Of a stretch of DNA of 64,000 nucleotides, positions 41,384 to 49,272 are shown in pieces (positions within the stretch are counted from its first letter, which is position 1; each line of letters starts with the position of its first letter). The notes below the pieces were generated by a model, which was not told the origin of the DNA, searched no databases, and saw only the letters and a list, made by a program, of their open reading frames with translations. Origin of the DNA: an uncultured Candidatus Izemoplasmatales bacterium (GTDB lineage Bacteria > Bacillota_I > Bacilli_A > Izemoplasmatales > Hujiaoplasmataceae); contig CAZCSO010000004.1 of NCBI GenBank assembly GCA_964501315.1, positions 24,179-88,178 of the forward strand, written 5' to 3'. A program made the position numbers and the translations under genes.

Positions 41384-42280
41384 TTAATTTTGATTGTTTT
41401 CTAGAGATTCAAGAATTAATACCTTACAAGCCTGTGCTTCGGTTAATTTGAAATCTAAGCGTTCTTTGGATGCATAACCTATATCGCCATTTTCTAGATA
41501 TAATTCCTTCAATACTTTAACTGCGATTCTTTCTCTTAAAAGGAAAGTAAGATAAGTGAAATTACCAAATAGAAGTGGCTTACTTGGATTTGTCATGTAA
41601 TTGGAAATAACGACCTTTTTGCCTAAGATGGTAGAATCAGCATTATTCCATAAATAATTACCTGAATCATCTTTTAACTTTCTTAATTTAAGTGCTGTTT
41701 CATCATTGGTAATAAAAATAGCTTCATCCCTATATTCCTTATCTAAAGAAAAGAATAAATCGATTACCGAATCATATGTGATTTCAGGAACTGATACACA
41801 GCCCAGATCATAATTTAACAAACCAAGTGGCTCTTTAACGCCTGTTCCATTAAGAATTAGCTTTTCTTCAGCTTTACCATATCTTTTAGATAAAGTCTTT
41901 CTTAAATAATCGGTCATATTGATTTTTAAATCATTGACAGTAGAACCTTTGACTTTAACGATTAAACCTAATTTATAAGATTTATATCTAAGTTCAGCCG
42001 TTGATTCATCTTCAACAAAGGCTTTATTATCTTCATCAACTACAACAGGTAAAGATGCAGAAGTGTTAATTGTTAATACGCCATCAGCTGTATCAGTTTC
42101 AACAAGATTCATGTATTTTCTAAATAAGTTATGTTTATCTAGAATCGATGCATCAATTGGAAGTTCAATATAGCCATCTGGTCTTAATTTCTCGATGTCG
42201 CCATAAACATCATCAGTAGGTTTTAATTTAAGTGCATTTTCTACGGCACTTGCGTATTTTGATAAGTAAATGTTATTCAT
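41384..42280 (-). CDS. HK97-fold phage major capsid protein family (short form, no delta/scaffold domain)
   Basis: AEEKLILNGTGVKEPLGLLN (capsid G.G..EP.G block), ILGKKVVISNYM, LLFGNFTYL, ERLDFKL. These match the Phage_capsid family pattern. Confidence 0.85.
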   Translation of the reverse strand: MNNIYLSKYASAVENALKLKPTDDVYGDIEKLRPDGYIELPIDASILDKHNLFRKYMNLVETDTADGVLTINTSASLPVVVDEDNKAFVEDESTAELRYKSYKLGLIVKVKGSTVNDLKINMTDYLRKTLSKRYGKAEEKLILNGTGVKEPLGLLNYDLGCVSVPEITYDSVIDLFFSLDKEYRDEAIFITNDETALKLRKLKDDSGNYLWNNADSTILGKKVVISNYMTNPSKPLLFGNFTYLTFLLRERIAVKVLKELYLENGDIGYASKERLDFKLTEAQACKVLILESLENNQN

Positions 42281-42300
42281 TTTTTTTAATCCTCCGTTTT

Positions 42301-42540
42301 TTAATATTTACCATTCTCAAATTTTTTTCTTACGTACTCTCTCGCTTCTTCATAAGTCTTAAAGAAGATAGTTGAACGGTTATAGCCAACCATAAAAGGC
42401 ATAGGTGTTATACGCTTGCTTTTAAATATGGTGATTTGGCCATAAATTCTATTAGGAAGTACAAATACACTTTTGTATTTTGAGTTTTCCAAATCGACTT
42501 TTTCAGGTAGGTCTAAACCTAAATAAACTTGATTAATCAT
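42301..42540 (-). CDS. hypothetical 79-aa protein
   Basis: ATG 42540 follows GGAGGA and overlaps the upstream stop by 8 nt (ATGATTAA). No recognisable motif. Confidence 0.55.
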   Translation of the reverse strand: MINQVYLGLDLPEKVDLENSKYKSVFVLPNRIYGQITIFKSKRITPMPFMVGYNRSTIFFKTYEEAREYVRKKFENGKY

Positions 42541-42805
42541 TTTTAATTCCTCCATTTTTGCATTGTTTATTCCAGTAGCTAATTCGGCAGCGGTCGCTAC
42601 AATATCTCTTGATTTTATGTCCCTTAATAACTTTTATCTCCATTCCACAATTAAGGCATTTGGTATATTTAGGAAGAGCTTCTTTATGTCTTCTAAAATA
42701 GGATTTAATTGTGTTATATGGAACTGAAGTTAAAAGAGAAATATCCATCATAGAATATCCATCAGCTCTTAAATTTTTAATTATTCTTTGTTCTTTATCA
42801 GTCAT
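42533..42805 (-). CDS. HTH (sigma-70 region 4 / LuxR-like) protein with a C-terminal Cys4 zinc ribbon
   Basis: The start at ATG 42805 follows GGAGGA. GYSMMDISLLTSVPYNTIKSYFRR is the HTH. Zinc ribbon: CLNC-x15-YCSDRC. Confidence 0.7.
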   Translation of the reverse strand: MTDKEQRIIKNLRADGYSMMDISLLTSVPYNTIKSYFRRHKEALPKYTKCLNCGMEIKVIKGHKIKRYCSDRCRISYWNKQCKNGGIKND

Positions 42806-42943
42806 ATAAATTTCCTCCTTTTTATCTTTAAACGAATTGGGTAATATACCCCCTTTGAAAACGCGAATATGCACACGAGACCCCTGGCCGGTGTCTAGAT
42901 TAATAGCACCAGAGATTTGATGGGGCCCAGGTCATATTAATTT

Positions 42944-43058
42944 TGTCCTTTATGTCCTTTTGTCCTTATATAGAAAGAAATCTTCAATAAAAACATCTAT
43001 AAAATAAATAAATTAATTAATATTTTGTATATATAGGGACAATGTGACAAAAGGGACA
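42944..43058. repeat. iteron cluster flanking an AT-rich spacer: putative replication origin of the island
   Basis: TGTCCTT occurs three times (42944, 42953, 42961). An AT-rich stretch of about 67 bp follows. Then AGGGACA occurs twice in inverted orientation (43035, 43052). The cluster lies immediately 3' of the replicase gene stop at 43065. Confidence 0.55.
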
Positions 43059-43064
43059 ATATTC

Positions 43065-45341
43065 TTAACTTGAATCAATGGTGTAAATGCTAGGATTAAT
43101 AAGGTAGCTTTGACCTTTTGGTCTACCAATATTAGTTTGATTAGATTCGCATTCTTTTAAATAACCATAATCACATAATAGATTTAATGCAGGTATTACT
43201 TCATCTTTAGTCTTAAATGACCTAACAAGCCTCATAACATCACGAGCTGTAATATTATCTTTATGTGGCGTTTGTTTAATTAAAGAATCAATAATCTTTT
43301 TGGCATTTTTCTTAGTGGTATCAAGGCCTAACATATCAAAGGCATATAAAGCATGATCTAAAAAATAATCTCCTACCTTAATGGCATCCAACATTGTTTT
43401 CTTTTGGACTATGTAATTACCATCAACAAGCGGTGTTCCATCATTTAAAAACGGGTCATACTTAATTCCAAAGGCTCTAGTTAATAGTCCTGATATTCTT
43501 AAGATATTACCAACTAGTTTGCCTGCCCAAGCACCAATATCCTTAAGGTCGTTTTTAAGCCTAAATTCAAAATTATCATGATATCTTTCAAGTTCTTTAT
43601 AGGCATCATCAGTAAGTGAGATTGTATCCATAAAGGTTGTATCTTCATTTAATATTAAATTAATAAGAGAATAGAAAGCTTGTTTAGTATCTTCGCTTAT
43701 TACATCTGTAGTAAGTTTTCTAGAACCTACCATTGATTTAGGAATCGAATAAAGAAATCTTGCATTAAGTCCTCTACCACTAAATATTGGATTATTAAGT
43801 ATCGTTTCAAGTACTCTTGGTTGAACCATTAGTAGGATTGTGAGTTTTGGCTTTTTAAGTGAAATTGACTCACGACCGATTCTATCAACCCTTACATAAT
43901 CTCCTGAATAGCCTTTAAGCAGAATATCGATATTAACTACCTTAGAATAAGCACCAGATAGAACATCAAATATACCACCCTCACTAGATATAATGGATAG
44001 TGATTCATCTTGTTCCTTTAACTTATTAGCTAGAACTTCAGGTGTTACATCATCAGCTGTTAAAACTAATTTATGTAGCCTTTTAAAACCATTTATTTTA
44101 GTTATCACTTCATCGAGTTCTGATGTAGTTGCTTTACCTTTTTCAACATCTTTAACTAGTTTATTTCGCTTTGTAATAAGTGCTTGATATTCTAGTTCGG
44201 ACTTTTCTCGTTCTAGTGAATGAGCTTCGTTATAATTAATTTCAAATGTATGTATTACTTTTATCATTTGGTTAATTACAGCTGATTTTCTTTCACTAGG
44301 TTCTGCAACTACCATCGCATATAAGTTAAGTGGTTCATCCCAGTCGGATTTACCTTGAATTTGATACTTTCTTTGCATTGATAAAGCTAAAACTGATAAT
44401 GCGATTACACCTGCCATATCTATTGGTGTTTGTGTAGCTTCACTAACTGCTAAACAATAATTTTTAATAGCATCAGGAAAAACATCAATTGGAAATGGTA
44501 AGAGTGGTCTTTCATTAAGTGGAATAAGCGAATCCCATTTAATATCTTCCTTTTGGTTATATTCATCTGGTTTAATGTAATTAGGACTATTTACAATCTT
44601 TGTTTTATAGAATTTAGTAGCACTAGACCATATGAGTTTAAGTTCTGCATTATCTAGGGGTGGCATGCACCTTTCACTTACCTTTAAAAATTCATTATAA
44701 GCATCAGCTGTATCGCCATATCTTTTAATAATTTTTGAAGCTTCTTTAGATAATGTAGAATTGCGACTGCCCTCAAGTATTGGAGCATCTTGCATTAGGA
44801 AATTTTCAGATTCTTTGTTCCATATAAATTCAGACAATGTTTTATCTCCTTCAACTAGTTCAACTTGTGGGTTAGATGTTCCAAAGAAGAATCTAGCTGA
44901 ATCAAGTGCATTATTATCTATAAAAGGAAAATAGTTATAGACCTTTTGTTTTAAAGATGAATATTTAGCTTCATCCGTTATTTCATCTATTGGAAACAAA
45001 ACATGGAACTTAGGCCTAGCCTTTTTACCATTTTTAGATATTAGATGATGTCTTGAATATTGAACATAAAATCCAACTTCAGGAAATGCCTTTTTTACAT
45101 CTTCAACATAAATCCAATTAGATGAATCTTCAGCATGGTCATTATCAATATCAACAGGTAAGCAATCCGCCTTAATAAAGTTTTTAATGCTTCTAATATT
45201 ATCCTTATAGGTAGCACATACATAATCTAGTGTTATTGCCTTACTAAATGATTCAATATTATTAACTATAACTTTATTGTCATATCTGATATTTTGTGGT
45301 AATCCTCTAACATTTGATTTATAGATTGTTATTGATTTCAT
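43065..45341 (-). CDS. replication protein: N-terminal primase-polymerase (prim-pol) domain fused to a DUF3987-type helicase-like domain
   Basis: CLPVDIDND is the DxD motif and RPKFHVLFP the His motif of prim-pol. NLYAMVVAEPSERKSAVINQM resembles the DUF3987 P-loop region. The start at ATG 45341 follows GGAGGT. Confidence 0.7.
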   Translation of the reverse strand: MKSITIYKSNVRGLPQNIRYDNKVIVNNIESFSKAITLDYVCATYKDNIRSIKNFIKADCLPVDIDNDHAEDSSNWIYVEDVKKAFPEVGFYVQYSRHHLISKNGKKARPKFHVLFPIDEITDEAKYSSLKQKVYNYFPFIDNNALDSARFFFGTSNPQVELVEGDKTLSEFIWNKESENFLMQDAPILEGSRNSTLSKEASKIIKRYGDTADAYNEFLKVSERCMPPLDNAELKLIWSSATKFYKTKIVNSPNYIKPDEYNQKEDIKWDSLIPLNERPLLPFPIDVFPDAIKNYCLAVSEATQTPIDMAGVIALSVLALSMQRKYQIQGKSDWDEPLNLYAMVVAEPSERKSAVINQMIKVIHTFEINYNEAHSLEREKSELEYQALITKRNKLVKDVEKGKATTSELDEVITKINGFKRLHKLVLTADDVTPEVLANKLKEQDESLSIISSEGGIFDVLSGAYSKVVNIDILLKGYSGDYVRVDRIGRESISLKKPKLTILLMVQPRVLETILNNPIFSGRGLNARFLYSIPKSMVGSRKLTTDVISEDTKQAFYSLINLILNEDTTFMDTISLTDDAYKELERYHDNFEFRLKNDLKDIGAWAGKLVGNILRISGLLTRAFGIKYDPFLNDGTPLVDGNYIVQKKTMLDAIKVGDYFLDHALYAFDMLGLDTTKKNAKKIIDSLIKQTPHKDNITARDVMRLVRSFKTKDEVIPALNLLCDYGYLKECESNQTNIGRPKGQSYLINPSIYTIDSS

Positions 45342-45519
45342 CAGCCTTACCTCCACTAGACTCCTTTAGCCATTTCTTATATTCATCAATAGGAATAATG
45401 ATTCTTGAACCAATTCTTATAGATGGAAAATTTGGACTTTTAATTAACTCATAAGCCTTAGGAATCGAAATGCCTAATTGGATAGCAAGTTCGTGTACTG
45501 TCATTGTAGTTTTTTCCAT
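45319..45519 (-). CDS. excisionase/MerR-type helix-turn-helix DNA-binding protein
   Basis: MTVHELAIQLGISIPKAYELIKSPNFPSIRIGSRIIIPIDEYKKWL is the classic excisionase-family HTH. The start at ATG 45519 follows GGAGGT. Confidence 0.8.
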   Translation of the reverse strand: MEKTTMTVHELAIQLGISIPKAYELIKSPNFPSIRIGSRIIIPIDEYKKWLKESSGGKADEINNNL

Positions 45520-45657
45520 TTCAGTTACCTCCATATTTGTTGATACACAACAGGCAGATGATCTACTCAATTTATTTGAACCATCCTTATCAAGTAATTG
45601 AGTTAAACCTGATAGCGAATTTATTTAATCTAATTCAAATAAAATCAATCCAATCTC

Positions 45658-45727
45658 TTGTGTTCGATGTCATTTTACTATATAATGTAATCGAAAACTA
45701 ACTTCGGTTGATTACAAGTCGATTACA
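45658..45727 (+). promoter_or_regulatory. promoter of the 375-aa gene with three GATTACA-type operator boxes
   Basis: TTGTGT (45658-45663), 17-nt spacer, TATAAT (45681-45686). Boxes are TGTAATCG (45686-45693, inverted), TGATTACA (45709-45716) and CGATTACA (45720-45727). Confidence 0.5.
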
Positions 45728-45750
45728 TCAAAAAGGATGGTTTTTAGTAT

Positions 45751-46878
45751 ATGAGAAATCACTACAAAAAAGAAAAATCCTTCGCTCAAGTGTTTAAGGA
45801 AGGATTCGGATTTACCGAGATAGGTGGTATAGCAGATACTGCTTATAGACTCGTTAGATATGATGATTATATGTTTGAAGATGGTGTAACTATTGAAAAA
45901 TATAATCTAATAAATGAAGACATGATTGTGAATAAGAATCCACTTTCTATGCCTACTTTAGATGATGATAATACAATTACAGGAAAGAAATTACTTATAT
46001 CATTATTAAAGCTTGCGGATGACATAGATAAGAATTGTAAAACTAAATATGAAACAGTTGATAAGATTATTGAATGGTGTAAAAAAGTAGCTCATCCATA
46101 TGACATAAACAAGCTTTATGAAAAATATGAAGCAGACCTTTTAGGTATAGAGCCTGATATTCCAATCGATTTAGTATATGATGGTTCTTTTAAATATTAT
46201 GATTTTATGCAAGATCTATGTGACTTATATGATGTAGTTATCAACTGGCATGCGTTTTCTGAATTAATTAGAGGTAATGTTGATTATGCTTACAATTTAA
46301 ATGATAGTGGCCCATCTTTTATAAATGGTTCTATATATGAAAAATATAAGAGAGTAAAAAACGATAGGGGGATTAACCTTACACGTGAAGATAGGCAAAA
46401 TTGGATAAAGGATAATTATACGGGTGACTTCATTGAAACTCTCATAAAGGAAAGAGAAGCTCATAACATTTATGGAGATTTATTATCTAAAGAAACTTTT
46501 AGAAAGAACGTATTAAAAGATAAAAAGAAAATATATTCAAGAATCATTTCATATATACCACCTGTAAGAATGAAACTTAAATATATTGATAATGAAGGTA
46601 ATGCTGAATTTAGAGCTGAGATTAATTCGGTGTTCGATATTTGTTGGTATACCTTAGCAAGAATGATAGCTTCTAATGCTCCACAACAAGATGAAGATTT
46701 AGATTATGGTGGAGATAGATGGAATGAAGGAACATTAGGTGTATGTGCTAATTGTGGTACATTCTTCCTTAAGAATAATAGTGTTCAAAAGTATTGTGAT
46801 AATGCATCATGCAAGGCAGCTAGAATCAGAAATAATGTAAGGTCACTTAGAGAACGTAGAAAGAATAATCAAGAATAA
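45751..46878 (+). CDS. hypothetical 375-aa protein with a C-terminal Cys4 zinc ribbon and basic tail
   Basis: Divergent from the xis/replicase operon. CANC-x13-YCDNASC followed by ARIRNNVRSLRERRKN (from nt 46744). The rest has no recognisable motif. Confidence 0.6.
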   Translation: MRNHYKKEKSFAQVFKEGFGFTEIGGIADTAYRLVRYDDYMFEDGVTIEKYNLINEDMIVNKNPLSMPTLDDDNTITGKKLLISLLKLADDIDKNCKTKYETVDKIIEWCKKVAHPYDINKLYEKYEADLLGIEPDIPIDLVYDGSFKYYDFMQDLCDLYDVVINWHAFSELIRGNVDYAYNLNDSGPSFINGSIYEKYKRVKNDRGINLTREDRQNWIKDNYTGDFIETLIKEREAHNIYGDLLSKETFRKNVLKDKKKIYSRIISYIPPVRMKLKYIDNEGNAEFRAEINSVFDICWYTLARMIASNAPQQDEDLDYGGDRWNEGTLGVCANCGTFFLKNNSVQKYCDNASCKAARIRNNVRSLRERRKNNQE

Positions 46879-46997
46879 CTATAATTCGATTCAATATAAA
46901 ATAAAAATTACAATATATTAATCTAATGAGTAAAAATGATATATTTATACAAACTTTGAGAAATAACAAAAAAACTATGCGAAATCGTAGTAAACCC

Positions 46998-47026
46998 TTG
47001 AGTTCTAAAAGTAAAAATGGTATAAT
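46998..47026 (+). promoter_or_regulatory. promoter of the HTH-methyltransferase operon
   Basis: TTGAGT (46998-47003), 17-nt spacer, TATAAT (47021-47026) with TGG (extended -10). The imperfect palindrome ACTATGCGAAATCGTAGT lies just upstream. Confidence 0.55.
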
Positions 47027-47047
47027 TATGATATCTAGGAGGACATT

Positions 47048-47257
47048 ATGGCACTATCATATAATAAACTATGGAAACTTCTTATTGATAAGGGGTTAAA
47101 GAAAACTGATTTGAATAAATTAACTGGAATTAGCGATTCAACTATGGCTAAATTAACGAAAGGCGAAAACATTAATACAGAAATTTTAGAAAGAATATGC
47201 AAAGCATTAAATTGTCAAATTTCTGATATAGTTGAATATGTTTCGGAGGACAAATAA
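47048..47257 (+). CDS. small Cro/C1 (XRE)-type HTH transcriptional regulator
   Basis: 69 aa. KKTDLNKLTGISDSTMAKLTKGENINTEILERICKALNCQISDIVEY. RBS AGGAGG. Confidence 0.85.
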   Translation: MALSYNKLWKLLIDKGLKKTDLNKLTGISDSTMAKLTKGENINTEILERICKALNCQISDIVEYVSEDK

Positions 47258-47259
47258 AT

Positions 47260-48480
47260 ATGATTAAACAATCAATGAATACTCATCTAACTCGTGAAGA
47301 AATAATTAAAAGTGGAAGTGTGTATACTGGTCCTGAGTTAGTTAATTTGGTTTATAGTCAAGTGAATTCGTTTATTGATAAAAACACAGTTATTGGTGAT
47401 TTTGGCTCAGGATATGGAGCCTTTATAGAAAGATTTAAAAACGAAGGAAAAAGATGCTTTGGAACAGAACACGATGATTTATCATTCGAATTACTTAAAT
47501 CCGAATATCCTGATATAGATGTATATCATGAAAACTCATTATTAAATGTTAATAGAGAAAAATACAATTTATTAGAAAATGATAAGTTAATTATTGTGGG
47601 AAATCCACCTTATAATGATACAACTAGTATTTTTAAAAAAGGTGAAAAAGGTGAATTGGTTTGTGATTCTGATATTATTTCAAGAGACTTTGGTATATCT
47701 TTTTTGAAGGCATATAACAAGCTAAATGCAGAATATGTATGTATACTACATCCCTTAGCCTATTTAATAAAAAAACAGAACTTTAATTCTCTAGGGGATT
47801 TTAAAAACAATTATAAATTAATTTCAGCAACAGTTTTTTCAAGTAAAGAATTTGAAAGCATTAAGAAGTCTAATTCAGATTTCCCAGTCGTTTCTGCATT
47901 ATATAAAAGAGATAAAACAGGTATGAATTATGAATATGTTCAAAATTTTAAATTTAGAATTTTTAAAGGTTCTGGCTTATTTGTCTTAAGTAATATCATA
48001 ACTATTGATGGATATATCGGAAAATATCCAACGAGTCATAAAACTAAGGCAACAAAATATGAGTATAATCTTTTTGGTGAAAAGCAAAAGAGCGATGACT
48101 TAAGTTCTCGTCTTCAATTCTATACCTTAAGAGATATGAATGCTTTATTAAGAAATGCTGGGTTCGTAGAAGGTATAATTCCTAATGGGATTGATGTTTC
48201 GCTTGAAAACCTTTATCAATATTCCTGGTTATATTTTCTTAAGAGCAATTTTAATCCAAAAGATTACAAGTTTTTATATGGTAATCTATCTCCATTATAT
48301 ACTAACAAAATTGAAGATGACTCATTTAAAGCTTGTGTTGTTTGGTACGCATATAACAATTCAGAATTAGTTCAAAAATATATGGACGAAGAAAAAATAA
48401 AAGCATTATACGGACCTAAAACAGATCAATATAATGCATTATTTGAAGAATTAAACAATTTGTACAATATATTTAAATAG
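47260..48480 (+). CDS. gamma-class N6-adenine DNA methyltransferase (TaqI/Eco57I-like)
   Basis: Motif X SVYTGPELVNLV, motif I VIGDFGSGYGAF, motif IV IIVGNPPYN, in that order. The C-terminal half has no motifs and is presumably the target-recognition domain. The ATG lies 2 nt after the HTH stop. Confidence 0.85.
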   Translation: MIKQSMNTHLTREEIIKSGSVYTGPELVNLVYSQVNSFIDKNTVIGDFGSGYGAFIERFKNEGKRCFGTEHDDLSFELLKSEYPDIDVYHENSLLNVNREKYNLLENDKLIIVGNPPYNDTTSIFKKGEKGELVCDSDIISRDFGISFLKAYNKLNAEYVCILHPLAYLIKKQNFNSLGDFKNNYKLISATVFSSKEFESIKKSNSDFPVVSALYKRDKTGMNYEYVQNFKFRIFKGSGLFVLSNIITIDGYIGKYPTSHKTKATKYEYNLFGEKQKSDDLSSRLQFYTLRDMNALLRNAGFVEGIIPNGIDVSLENLYQYSWLYFLKSNFNPKDYKFLYGNLSPLYTNKIEDDSFKACVVWYAYNNSELVQKYMDEEKIKALYGPKTDQYNALFEELNNLYNIFK

Positions 48481-48506
48481 TATGAATATAATAATTATTA
48501 AAATGA

Positions 48507-49271
48507 TTAAAATGCATTTTTAACAATTACATTTAAAATTTCTAAAACATCATGATTATGTGCTGTCGAGCACATGCCAAAGCAAATTAATAAATCAAAA
48601 ACAACAGATTTCATATTTTCATCGAATGTAATGATTCCGTTAGGAGTTTCTGCAGATGTGTGATTGATAATTTTATTTGCATTATCAAAAGCATTGACTG
48701 GGATTATTAAGTATAGCATAGGTTGAACACCAGTTGCATATTGTTGCTTTTGAATCATAATTTCAATTAAAAGTTTAGAATCTCTTGGTTGAGTAATGAA
48801 AGTGGGAAGTTTGGTTGAAGAAGATAAAAACTTAATATTATTTAATGTGACAGAATCTTCTTTTTTTACTTCTATTGAATACTTATCTTGTAAAAAAGTT
48901 TTAATAGAAGCAATTTTGTTACAAACATCAAGTATTTCTTTTTTAGAAATAATATTATTTTTGCACATAAAGTAAGTAATCTCTGATAATTCATATGGAT
49001 GCTTACTTTTTTTATTTGCTCCAATAAAAACAAACTCGTCAGAATTCAATCTTGTTTCTTTTTCGTCTTTTCCAATTATCGTATCATATCCAATTTGCCA
49101 TTCAAGATAAGAATTGTTAGTTATAATTGTTGATTTTGGTGCAAATCCATTTCCAAATTCTTGAATATCATTTCTTGTTTTACATCTAAATTTACCTTGA
49201 CTAGTTAAAGGTAAGTTAACAACAACATTATTATTTTTTATTTCATAATTCATCTCTGGTGTTTTTGCCAT
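48507..49271 (-). CDS. hypothetical 254-aa protein (second gene of the ORFan pair; candidate nuclease/effector by context only)
   Basis: The ATG lies 1 nt after the upstream stop, with GGGAGGA inside the upstream gene. The only motif hint is a weak D115-x18-E134-V-K136. Confidence 0.6.
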   Translation of the reverse strand: MAKTPEMNYEIKNNNVVVNLPLTSQGKFRCKTRNDIQEFGNGFAPKSTIITNNSYLEWQIGYDTIIGKDEKETRLNSDEFVFIGANKKSKHPYELSEITYFMCKNNIISKKEILDVCNKIASIKTFLQDKYSIEVKKEDSVTLNNIKFLSSSTKLPTFITQPRDSKLLIEIMIQKQQYATGVQPMLYLIIPVNAFDNANKIINHTSAETPNGIITFDENMKSVVFDLLICFGMCSTAHNHDVLEILNVIVKNAF

Positions 49272-49272
49272 T

